From: Octopus vulgaris
Lineage: Eukaryota
Direction of reading: 5' to 3'
NCBI GenBank assembly: GCA_951406725.2
Contig: OX597815.1
Location: forward strand, 134,106,001-134,170,000
Length of the DNA stretch: 64,000 nucleotides
Position 1 is the stretch's first letter. Each line of letters begins with the position of its first letter. Below are positions 1 to 10,190 of this stretch, in pieces. Below the pieces are notes generated by a model that had not been told where the DNA came from, made no database searches, and saw only the letters and a program-made list of their open reading frames with translations. A program made the translations under genes and the position numbers.

Positions 1-13
1 GAAGACGCATTTT

Positions 14-292
14 ATGAGTACAAGAAAACATGGTGGGAATATGTATTGGTGATGCACACGCCAAGGATGCATGGAGTTTGTGTCAGTGAGGAAAGACACA
101 TGGTTTGATGGTGGCATCCTTCCTCTTAGGACTGTAGTACTTTTCCTTTTTTCATGGGTTAAAGATCTGACATCAGTCTAGTCTTATGTTGAAGAACTGG
201 GGATGAGCCATTGCACAGCTGCTGAGTATAACAGCTATGTTAGGGAAGTACATGCAGAGGACTTGCTCTGGTATCCACTTAAGGTTGGTGAT
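14..292 (+). pseudogene. Degenerate Merlin (ISXO2/IS1016-like) DNA transposase fragment
   Basis: Manual translation from 14: MYW*CTRQGCMEFVSVRKDTWFDGGILPLRTVVLFLFSW...ELGMSHCTAAEYNSYVREVHAEDLLWYPLKVG. This resembles the Merlin pattern WRC..C...SIRKGTWF..S.L.L....W...ELG.S..T..DW....REVC...KIGG. Two in-frame stops, one a likely CGA>TGA. Confidence 0.7.
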
Positions 293-1089
293 GTTTGTTT
301 TTTAAAAATATCTAACTTGTAATGTGCTATTTTGTTTTTTGGATAAATCTTTTAAGTTTGTGCTATAAGTCTCTTATTTTGAGAAATATTTAATTTGTAA
401 TATGCTGTTTATTGCATTAAATGCTTAAAACTATAAAATATGTGTTGTTTACCTTATTTTTGTCATTGAGGTAGTTGTGAGGTGTGCTAAAAAATAACAG
501 CTAAATAGGCCTTAAATCACGCACCTCTACAATTTTTTTTTTTTTTTTGCATAATCGTACTAAGTCCTGCATGTAAAGTACAAATTTGCAAAAATTTTCA
601 GAAAACTCCAAAACATAAAAAAGTTATATATAAGAGGTTATATGTTGTGCGTAATTCATTTCTTTATGGTTTCATATAAAAACACAAGTGCCATTTTCAG
701 GATGTTGACAAAATGTGCAGTCATGTGCAAAATGATGGCTTTCAAATCCTGTTTCCTGACTGGGTGAAAATGATCAAACTTTAAGCCTCTATAACTTTTT
801 TTAAAAAAACATTTCTGGAAAAGTGAAATAACTCCAGCAATTCAGTTTGGAAAGCTACTTTAATGTACCAAATTTTAAAATTTTCAATAAACTTTGATTT
901 TTGAAATCTTGGCAACCAAACAGAAAAGATCCCAGAAGGATAATAATCTTACATTATTGTTACAGGGGTAACAAAAAAATAATGACCATTACAAGGACAG
1001 TCTATAAAAAGCGCAGACATTTATATAGGAACCAGATTAATGAGAGCAAGAAAAAGAAGAAAATTTTATTCACATCATGTATGCTGAAG

Positions 1090-2660
1090 TTCCACAAGGA
1101 GGACCACCACTTGAAACCAATTAAGTAAACCACAGATCTAAGATTGTCCTGATCCTCCAAAGGCAAGTGACTTCTTCCAAATGCTATTCCTTGGCCTACA
1201 ATCATATCCACTCAATGGGACAATGCATGTCACTCTCACTTAACTTTCAATAAATTTACTGGAGGGCAGCTTCTCCCTCTTTTCTTATCTTCATCTCCAA
1301 GTGGAACTTGTAAAGATCAACAAGGTATAGGAAGAAGAAAGAGTTTTTCCCCTTCTTTCAATCGCCTATTACGTCATAACCACTAGATGGAGGAAAGAGC
1401 CTGTCCTTACCGAAAGGAAAAATGGTGGGAAGATTTTCACGATGGACTTGGCCAGTTGTTGCAAATGTCCTATGTGTGTTGAAAGCTATTCAACAAAATC
1501 CCAGAAGTCAGTAATACTCAGACACTGAACAAGTGCATGCAGAATTGTTTCGTTGCTCCATGAGCATCTTGAATAGGCTCAAATGATGATGCCCCCTTCT
1601 TGTACAATTTATCTCGAACCAGTAATGTCCTCACTGATATAGAACTGCCAGGCCAGAAATGTCTGCAAGTTATCCTTAGTCTCTGGGATGCAAGTCTTCT
1701 GGAATAGCAAACTAATTTTCCTTGACAATCAGATTTTTCTTAAGTGGTAGGAACATCATCACTCTTTCCTATCACTAGCCCTCAACAGAATGCTAAAGTA
1801 GAAGTTTCACTGACCCTATTACTCAAGTGATCGAAGAGATTGAATATATGACAACATTCCATTTGTCAGGCACCGAGTTTTGGGTTTCACTACAAGTCTA
1901 TCAAAAAAGATGAGTTATGGAAAAAAAATGTCTGTTCAACGTCCAGAAATGTTTGTAGATATTAAAACTTCAACATATGTCTGTGTGTTAGCTACCACAG
2001 TGTACCCACAAGTGAAAGAGCAGTCGCTCCAATCTAGTCAGGTGAAAATTAAGCATCTGACATCATTGTGATGATGTTCGCATATGGAGACACAGCTTTC
2101 CTACATCCCACTGTGAATGGGATGCTTCGCAATACCTTTAGTTTCCACAGCAGGGAATCAAGAATTACTATATACAGAAGACAGGCCCAGCGAGCATGTG
2201 ATTTGAAATGGTTATATGTGATCAAGGGCAGCTGCATGTTAAAGAAATTCAAACTCTGAAAATGGGAACAAAACCCAATGATATATGGACAACATTCAGA
2301 TAATAAGAGAGAACCATTTCAAAAGCTTTTGATTGATCCATATTGATTGGATCCCAATTAAAGCCAAGTTTGTTACCCAGCCTCTCTATGTGTATTACAT
2401 GAGGTAGTTGTAAATAAGTTTGTTCGGTATCACATGAAAGGTTCCAACCTCTTTGCTATTAGCTTGGCCACAATTCTAAAACTCTGTATTTAGAATATTA
2501 TGGAACAGAAATTGTAAATAATATCTCCGCTGTTCAAGTCCCCATCAGGAGCAATACTCCATAGCTCAGAGAACTAGGAATTATTTTGTTTTGCTAGCTG
2601 CAGGAGTCGTCTGCCAAGATGCTGACACACAAGTCTAACATGTTTACTTAAAACCCTTAG
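1090..2660 (-). mobile_element. Decayed L1/Tx1-clade LINE ORF2 (RT plus C-terminal zinc-binding region)
   Basis: Frameshifted minus-strand motifs in the expected order: ILNTEF/RIVAKLIAKRLE (~2440-2495), MDQSKAFEMV (~2312-2342), LLYIVILDSLL..VSPYANII (ORF 2049-2252, decayed SPLLY/YADD), and LAWQF..LLVRDKL..SRCSWSNETILHALVQC..DFWDFVE (~1490-1675). Confidence 0.75.
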
Positions 2661-4159
2661 AGCAGACCACCCAAACCATCAATTTGCCCCCACCCCCTCA
2701 CAACCATATGCTAATAACCAGACCTGTGGTCAGACTTTGGAGTAGGGGGGAGGGGGCTTCAGAATATTCTGAGTGAGCACTAATTTGCATTGAAGGAAGA
2801 TATTTGTAAAGTGTATTTTCAAAATTTGAGGCTGCACCATTGAATAGTGAGAGGGAAGTGCTGTCCAGTGCATCCCCTTAGCTATGAGAATGCTGCCAAC
2901 CATATCTCAACTGCTGCAAATGGCCTTTTGCAGTATATTTTGAGAACAAAGTGTATGTGTGTATAGGCATGGATGTATGCATGTGTGTTAAGTACATATA
3001 AGAATAACAATGACAAGATCAGTGAAAAAGTCTATAATGAGAAGTTAGACGAATGTTCATAGACACAAGAATGAGAAATACCAGTTCATAGTCAACTGTA
3101 CACAGTAATAGAAGTACTGTATCAAGACGTTGTGGCAATGATGCTGAGCCTGTTGCCATACATGTTGTTCGTGAAGTTGTGGCTGTAACGCTGCTGCCTG
3201 GGTCACTTGTACAGGAATTTTCACAGGTTGCATATTTGCTGTTAACCATGGTGAAGTACTTCACAAACAGTGCTATGTTGGAACCTGTGCAGTGTTGCTT
3301 GAGCTGTATATGTAGAGAGCTGATGTTGACAACGTTAAGAAGATGATGATGGCGATGAAGGAGATTGCTGTAATGCTGCTGAATGGGTGTTATCGTCTGG
3401 CTTGCAGGTTGTATATTTGCTGTTGACCCATGAAGTAATTCATGAACAGTACTGTGTTGAAACCTGGATGTGTTGCTGCTGGGTGGGTATTGTTGTCTGG
3501 CATTGTTGCTGGGACTGGTTGTGTCTTGTGTGGTCAGTGGCTAGACCTTAAAAGGTTTGAAACCAAAGACCTCGAGATGAGGAGAAGGTGAGTTTTTTTA
3601 AGGAACAGTAGGCTCAAATGGGATTGAGAACAGGCTGTCTCACGTGATTTTATTTAGGGGCTCTGATTGGTTATATGCTGCATATTGGCATGACAGAGTA
3701 AGAGACAAATTGCACCAATACCAACCAATCAGAGTAGTGGACACAGTGGGGTCCAAATAGTTGCCAAAGATTAGCTGTTATCTGCTACATTTGAATGCAC
3801 GTATTTCTAATAAAAGGGAGAGGAATTTCACTCAAGTGTACGCTACAATCTCTAGATTGCTCACTTAGCCCTTTTTGTTAGTCAAAATGGCTGTAACTAG
3901 TTACATGTATTTATTTCTAGCAGCATAGCACATTCTTACTTTTACCATACACTGGCAAATATACAAGAAAATTAGTGTAAATTCACAAAAGAGTGAGAAA
4001 TTGATACCTAGATATTATTAGAGCATCCTGCCACTCTGATCTTGTTCTGCTCTGATTATTTCTTTGAATTTAGTCATGCAATATTGCCCACAAGCTCCTT
4101 AGTTCTAGCCAAGGCAATGAAACTTCAATATCCTTTATGGTAGCTCAAAATTAGCTCTG

Positions 4160-4233
4160 TATATACAGTACACACACACATATATATAAAATATATGTAT
4201 ATATGTATGTATATATATATATATATATACATA

Positions 4234-4281
<48 letters not shown>

Positions 4282-4337
4282 GTATATATACATGTATATA
4301 TATATATATATATACATGTATATATATGTATATATAC

Positions 4338-4390
<53 letters not shown>
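4160..4390. repeat. (TA)n/(TATG)n microsatellite
   Basis: Visible directly; produces the spurious YIYI ORFs at 4125-4626. Confidence 0.95.
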
Positions 4391-4600
4391 AAGTTAATCC
4401 AAACATGAAAACACAAAGAGAAAACACAACAACGCGAGGACGTGGAACAAATATAGTATTATTGGACGCTCAGGAAGGAAGAGAAGAAGGAGGGTTTAAC
4501 GTTTCGCGAGGAGCTCTTCGTTGGAAACATAGGAGAAGGAAAGATCCAAAGAAGGGAAGACAGAGGAAAAAAATCGCCAACGGTACACACGCAGTCACAT
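4388..4600 (-). mobile_element. Penelope-type pseudo-LTR fragment with a degenerate minimal hammerhead motif
   Basis: Minus strand ~4494-4528 reads GTTT-CCAACGA-AGAGCTCCTCGC-GAAACGTT-AAAC: stem I GTTT/AAAC, palindromic AACGTT stem III, mutated CUGANGA core. Sits inside (TA)n. Confidence 0.55.
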
Positions 4601-4651
4601 TTATATGTATATATATATATATATAGTATAGGACAATCAGAAAGTTGTCAT

Positions 4652-4712
4652 AACAGAGCTCAGAGTTTCAAATGCCGAAGCTAAAGGCTTTCGAGCATTT
4701 TCATCAGCTATT
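4652..4712 (-). ncRNA. Hammerhead ribozyme-like motif with a mutated cleavage triplet
   Basis: Minus: AATAG-CTGATGA-AAATGCTCGAAAGC(CTTTA)GCTTCGGCATTT-GAAA-CTC(T)GAG-CT-CTGTT. Core and long stem II are intact; GCT stands where GUH is needed. Confidence 0.6.
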
Positions 4713-4897
4713 TTTCACAATAGACGCTACAAAAAAAATACAAAAAAAACGTTTAATAAAAGGGAAGTTACTCTAATTGGCATAAAAATATAAAAGATAT
4801 AAAAAAATAAAAAATATACGCAACCACATTCTTAGAATAGATAGAAACCTTCTGCATTCGTAAAAACTACATATTTACACACTCACACAGGCATGTA

Positions 4898-5060
4898 TCA
4901 TCATCATCATCATCATCATCATTTAGCGTCCGCTTTCCATGCTAGCATGGGTTGGACGGTTCAACTGGGGTCTGTGAAGCCAGAAGGCTGCATCAGGCCC
5001 AGTCTGATCTGGCAGTGTTTCTACGGCTGGATGCCCTTCCTAACGCCAACCACTCCGTGA
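4898..5060 (-). mobile_element. RTE-type 3' end fragment with (GAT)n tail
   Basis: Reverse complement of the 9230-9390 RTE tail (GGAAGGGCATCCAGCCGTAGAAAC...GCTAGCATGGAAAGCGGACG). Older copies lie near 14760-14945, 18700-18930, 23305-23510, 26430-26665, 30800-30995, 32870-32955 and 34665-34830. Confidence 0.8.
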
Positions 5061-5095
<35 letters not shown>

Positions 5096-5432
5096 CATAC
5101 ATTATTACATGCTCATATACACATCTCTACACACATATACGTGTATGCATATACATGTATAAGCACATATATATACAATCATACACACACGTATGTATGA
5201 ATATGCAACTTCATCCTCACATAGATATATGCCTACATATATATATATATATATAAACATTTATGCAAATAAATATACTCATACATAAACAAAAACATAT
5301 ACATATACACACTCGCACAGACATATGTTTGTACTCGCCGCGTACATGAATATACATATATGTACATATGTATAGAGGTACACACACATATATATATATA
5401 GGGGTAAAATATATACTCTTACTCTCTTTTAC

Positions 5433-5463
<31 letters not shown>

Positions 5464-5565
5464 GGGGGTAAAGTATATATATATATATATATATAGGGGG
5501 TAAAGTATATATATATATATATGAATAAAAAAATGGAGTTAACGCAGGTGTAATCAAATATTTTT

Positions 5566-5651
5566 ACTTTCGACACATGTTTCAAAAATTCCACTGATAC
5601 TATTCAAAAGAATAAATGGTATAAACAATGCAATCTTCTCCTCAGGAAAGT
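5566..5651 (-). ncRNA. Type I hammerhead ribozyme with intact core
   Basis: Minus: ACTTTC-CTGAGGA-GAAGATT...AATTTTT-GAAA-C(ATGT)G-TC-GAAAGT. Perfect 6-bp stem I, CUGANGA, extended stem II hairpin, GAAA, palindromic ACATGT stem III and a GUC cleavage site. Confidence 0.85.
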
Positions 5652-5851
5652 GAAAAAAACGAAACTCGTCAATAAGACATTTTAGCAAAAAATGATGGAT
5701 TTGTATAGCGATAGACAGAACGCTATTAATATTGTTTAAAAAACGTTATATGATATAACGTCATAAGTAGCTAACAGAAAGAGTAGGGATATTAATAGTG
5801 AATGTTAAATATAAAGGAAATTAAAGTTTAAATTATATATAATGATAGAGA

Positions 5852-6643
5852 CTACTTATATGCACTAAATGTATGTTTTTGCCAATGCTTACATCTGTAT
5901 GCTCATTCTATAACCGTGTTTACTAGAGTATTTTTAGAAAAAATAATGAAAAATAGCTCAGAATTGCAGAGAAGACAGAATTTCTTGTCTTTGTCATATG
6001 GTATCGAAATTGAGAGAATCAACCATTCTAAATGAAATTGTTCATTGTGGTCTTTTAAATCCCAAATCAGTTTGCTGAGACCGGTACTATTCCGTTTATT
6101 TCTATCCCTAAATGTTGAGTAATGGATAGAAATTCTTTTAGATAACTCTAATGATGTGCTTCCAATGTAAAATTGTACTTTATTACGAGTACTGATTATA
6201 CACTGGTATATAGAATTTTTAATCTTAGAGTTACTTGACATAAACTTAATTCTATTGGAATTGACTTCAGATACAATAACCTTGTTATTAATATTTCTAG
6301 AGGGTTGGATGGTATTAGCTAAATTAATGTTAGTATTAGTAAATGTATTAATATTTAACAGTTTGTTATTATGAGAAGAGATAATTTGCAAGAGATTTTT
6401 TGTGTTTGAAAAACCTATTCTAATCTTATGTGAATTGATTATAGAGTAATATCTAGAATTGTTTGGAAAATTCCTAGCAATAGCTTTACGAAACAGCAGT
6501 GGGAGATTAGATTTAATTTGTCTCCCGTAAGGAATTATTAACCAAATATTTTTACTAGTATTCATAGCGTAATTACTTTTGAAGGTGTTATATTTGCTTA
6601 TAGATCGATAATAGGGGATTAAATAAGGGTTATCTGCCTTCAT
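5852..6643 (-). pseudogene. Penelope-like linker plus GIY-YIG endonuclease (C-terminal fragment)
   Basis: SIYQC...FYIGST..LSKRISIH..TFR...STGLSKLIWDLK...W.ILS...CLLCNSELFFI. The frame continues past the TGA at 5903-5905 as AYRCKHWQKHTF to a TAG at 5852-5854. Confidence 0.85.
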
Positions 6644-6784
6644 TCGCTTTGAATTAAGTTTATGTCAAGTAACTCTAAGATTAAAATTCTATATACCAGT
6701 GTATAATCAGTACTCGTAATAAAGTACGATTTTACATTGGAAGCACATCGTTAGAGTTATCTAAAAGAATTTCTATCCATTACT

Positions 6785-7705
6785 ATAGCTTACGTACCCA
6801 GTAATTCCTGGGAAAGAGGGGTTTATCCCTTGGTTCAGTTCTCATAATTGTTTCGCTAATCCAGTAAGAATAATATAAAGTATGTAGCCCTTAAAATGTT
6901 TTTTGTGCATTTATTGAGAATACCGAACTGCCTTACACAGGATCTTGTTTTTAGGAATTCCGAATAAGTTATGAATACCCAAATTGTGAAGTCAGTTATA
7001 TATATATAACTGATAGTAAGAATTCAAATAAAGTAGCCCTGAAAAGGGCTTTAATATGTTCCCAGAGTATATAGAACTTAGGAGGAAATACTAATAAGTT
7101 ATGTATACTAATATCGTGAAGCATGTTTTGTAATAACAGAATAATCAGTTATGAGATAATAACAATTCAAAGTAAATAACTCTGAAAAGAGCTTTTGTGC
7201 GTTCACAGAGAATATTACCCTCAGTGGCGCTAGTGTTGGTATATTCATGAATAAGTCACTAACAGAAATAAGTGAATGTATTGTTTAGGAAAGTACTATT
7301 TACTTGTTTACAGGTTGTACTGGATAAATGGCGAAAATAATTCAAATAGTTCAAATACTAAGAAACAAGCATACTCAATTTGAGTTATACAAAATAATTT
7401 AAGAACATGAATGGGTTACTTCCCTTGACTATATATAAGGATCTCTTTCAGGAGTAAATGGGTTATTTCCCTTGGATGTTTAAAAATAATTTATTAGTTA
7501 TATGTAGTAGATATAAGAATCCATTCCAGGGGCCCTATTATCGATTTTTTCAACAATTTAAGTATGTCACTAATTATCCAGACATGATTTTTACTCACAT
7601 AATAAGTTTCATCAAAATCGATAAAACGATGTAGGAGGAGTTAGATAACAAATCCACAAACAAACACACCTACAGATTTCCACATATGTGTGTATGTATA
7701 TATAT
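6785..7705 (-). mobile_element. Non-autonomous Helitron-like element
   Basis: Minus-strand subterminal hairpin CCCAGGAATTACTGGG followed by an imperfect GCTA(T)AG end at ~6785. The other end (AAGTTTCATCAAAATCG...GGAGGAGTTAG...ACAAACACAC...TATATA) resembles Helitron 5' regions. Confidence 0.55.
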
Positions 7706-7936
7706 ATATATAAATGGAGTTTATGCAGGTGTAATTCAAATTCTTTTACTTCCGACACATGTTTCGAAGATATCACTGATATTATTTTCCGTGTTAATTG
7801 TTATCAAGAGAAAAATACACACATCTATTTATATATAACTAAAATGCCGAACTCCAGCATGGCCACACTCAAATGACTGAAACAAGTAACAGAGTAAAAG
7901 AATAATATATATATATATACATGTATATATATATGT

Positions 7937-9157
7937 ATGTATATACATATATGTATGTATAGCAAGGTTAGGATTGGCAACGAATATAGTGAAGAATTCC
8001 GAGTAGAAGTAGGTGTGCACCAGGGCTCAGCCCTCAGTCCCCTTTTATTCATCATAGTCCTTCAGGCAATAACAGAGGAATTCAAAACGGGATGCCCCTG
8101 GGAGCTCCCCTATGCCGATGACCTAGCTCTCATAGCAGAATCACTACCGGAACTAGAAGAGAAATTTCGGGTGTGGAAGCAAGGGTTGGAATCAAAGGGC
8201 CTTAGAATAAATGTAGCAAAGACCAAAGTATTAGTAAGCAGCAAGAGGTACTCAGCACACATCCCCTCGGGTAGGTGGCCCTGCTCAACCTGTAGGAAAG
8301 GTACAGGTAGAAACTCCATAAGATGCACCCAATGTAAGTTATGGACACATAAGAGGTGCAGCAACATTAAAGGGAAATTAACAGATAAGATAGCTTTCAT
8401 GTGCGGCAGATGCACAGGGACAATAGACACAACAGACACTCAGAAAACAGATTCCATCACACTCCAGGGAGAGAAACTAGAAGTAGTTGATAGTTTCCGC
8501 TACCTGGGAGACCAAGTTAGTAGCGGAGGTGGATGCACAGAGAGTATCACCACTAGAATACGAATAGCCTGGGCAAAGTTCAGAAAGCTCCTACCCCTAC
8601 TGGCAACAAAAGGTCTCTCCCTCAGAGCAAAAGGTAGATTGTATGATGCATGTGTGCGAACTGCCATGCTTCACGGTAATGAAACATGGGCTGTGACTGC
8701 AGAAGACATGCGTAGACTTGAAAGAAATGAAGCTAGCATGATCCGCTGGATGTGTAGTCTCAGTGTGCACGCAAAACAGAGTGTAAGTATCCTGAGAGAA
8801 ATGCTGGATATAAGAAGCATCAGATGTGGTGTGCAAGAGCGACGCTTGCGATGGTATGGTCATGTGCTGCGGATGGATGAAGAGAGATGTGTGAAGAAGT
8901 GCCACTCCCAAACAGTTGAAGGTATCAGGGGGAGAGGTAGACCCAGGAAGACATGGGATGAGGTGGTCAAGCATGACCTCAGAGCATTGGGCCTCACTGA
9001 GGCAATGGCGAAGGACCGAGATCTCTGGAGATATGCTGTGACTACAAAGACCAGGGCTGCTTTCTGCAGCAATTCCACATACCCCTTACCCATTCTAAGT
9101 ACCCCGGATCCCCAAAGTACCCCGGACCTCGTTGCCCCCGTGCCGCTGACACGTTAA
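7937..9157 (+). CDS. RTE reverse transcriptase, C-terminal part (truncated), with an inserted C4HC3 finger
   Basis: GVHQGSALSPLLF, YADDL, INVAKTK, FRYLG, RLRWYGHVLRM and RGRGRPRKTW. The first residues come from the flanking microsatellite. Confidence 0.9.
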   Translation: MYIHICMYSKVRIGNEYSEEFRVEVGVHQGSALSPLLFIIVLQAITEEFKTGCPWELPYADDLALIAESLPELEEKFRVWKQGLESKGLRINVAKTKVLVSSKRYSAHIPSGRWPCSTCRKGTGRNSIRCTQCKLWTHKRCSNIKGKLTDKIAFMCGRCTGTIDTTDTQKTDSITLQGEKLEVVDSFRYLGDQVSSGGGCTESITTRIRIAWAKFRKLLPLLATKGLSLRAKGRLYDACVRTAMLHGNETWAVTAEDMRRLERNEASMIRWMCSLSVHAKQSVSILREMLDIRSIRCGVQERRLRWYGHVLRMDEERCVKKCHSQTVEGIRGRGRPRKTWDEVVKHDLRALGLTEAMAKDRDLWRYAVTTKTRAAFCSNSTYPLPILSTPDPQSTPDLVAPVPLTR

Positions 9158-9389
9158 AATGCTCGAACCGATCGTGACGATGCCGGACCCTCCGGCCCCT
9201 GTGCAGGTGGCACGTAAAAAGCACCCAATCCACTCACGGAGTGGTTGGCGTTAGGAAGGGCATCCAGCCGTAGAAACTCTGCCAGATTCAGCCTGGAGCG
9301 GCCCCTGGCTTCCCAGACCCGGTCAAACCGTCCAACCCGTGCTAGCGCGGAAAGCGGACGTTAAACGATGATGATGATGATGATGATGA
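7957..9389 (+). mobile_element. 5'-truncated young RTE-clade LINE
   Basis: Uninterrupted RT C-terminal ORF, 3' UTR and (GAT)n tail at 9367-9389; inserted in a (TA/TATG)n tract; CpGs retained. Confidence 0.92.
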
Positions 9390-9763
9390 TATATGTGTAT
9401 ATATATGTATGTATATGTATATAAAATGAGATAGGGGTTGTAAATTCAACCCTCCATGGGATAACATATATCCAATATACTGCTAGAGAAGTACCCAACA
9501 AAGCTAATACATAAATGTTAAAAATTGCGATGCAATTAATTCATCTACTGTATTATGTGGGCAAAGGTAAAATTATTTTTACCGTAAATTAATAATACAA
9601 AATTAGAAAATGGAGAAATATATCTAAATCAATCATCAACCATCTGATAATACCCAATCAATACTTTATTAAACCATTACACAATAGCAATGATATTATA
9701 CATTAATATAGTACAAATATAACAAGACATAGAAATAGAAATAGAAATACATTTACATTGTAG

Positions 9764-9872
9764 CTGACAGCTGTTACGGCCGTGAAGACAGGTATGTCCC
9801 ATTTAACCTATTAGCCATATAAAGCAGGTATAAATGAGACATTAACAAGAATATTTCACGGCCTCTTCAGAG
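9764..9872 (-). ncRNA. Hammerhead-like motif with a very long stem II (GAAA mutated to GTAA)
   Basis: Minus: CT-CTGAAGA-GGCCGTGAA...ATGTCTCATTTA...TAAATGGGACAT...TTCACGGCC-GTAA-C(AGCT)G-TC-AG. Confidence 0.7.
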
Positions 9873-10190
9873 AATTTAATGCAAGTATGAAAAAAATTTA
9901 GATATAAATATAAATATGTGTGCATACACACTTATATTCTTACATATATATATATACACAATAATACAATATAAACAATATAGATCAATATACATCAACA
10001 AACACAATAATGTTCCATATTGAACTCCACAGTTCCATAACCAACATCAAGGAACCACAACATGTACACTCACACTCAAAGCAGGCATATATATTGAACA
10101 GTCCAATATATTACACAAAAAGTCAATAAAATTAATATTAATATTAATAACACCACGACTGTACCATCTAATGCCAGCGGACATCCACAT

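Larger units (their letters stand above)
5530..6784 (-). mobile_element. 5'-truncated Penelope-like retroelement (GIY-YIG end, 3' pLTR with hammerhead, inverted 5' segment)
   Basis: GIY-YIG ORF at 5903-6643, hammerhead at 5566-5651 downstream of it, and 6651-6784 is an inverted copy of 6118-6252. Confidence 0.85.

Noticed and set aside
4125-4626. Long YIYI ORFs (also 5217-5594 and 22433-22756)
   Set aside because: Translations of (TA)n microsatellites.
5740-5765. SECIS candidate (minus ATGACGTTATATCATATAACGT)
   Set aside because: Simple hairpin lacking the apical AA and the 3' GA of the quartet.
8110-9233. Minus-strand ORFs over the RTE; plus-strand ORFs over Gypsy (62026-63454)
   Set aside because: Antisense shadows of TE coding sequence.
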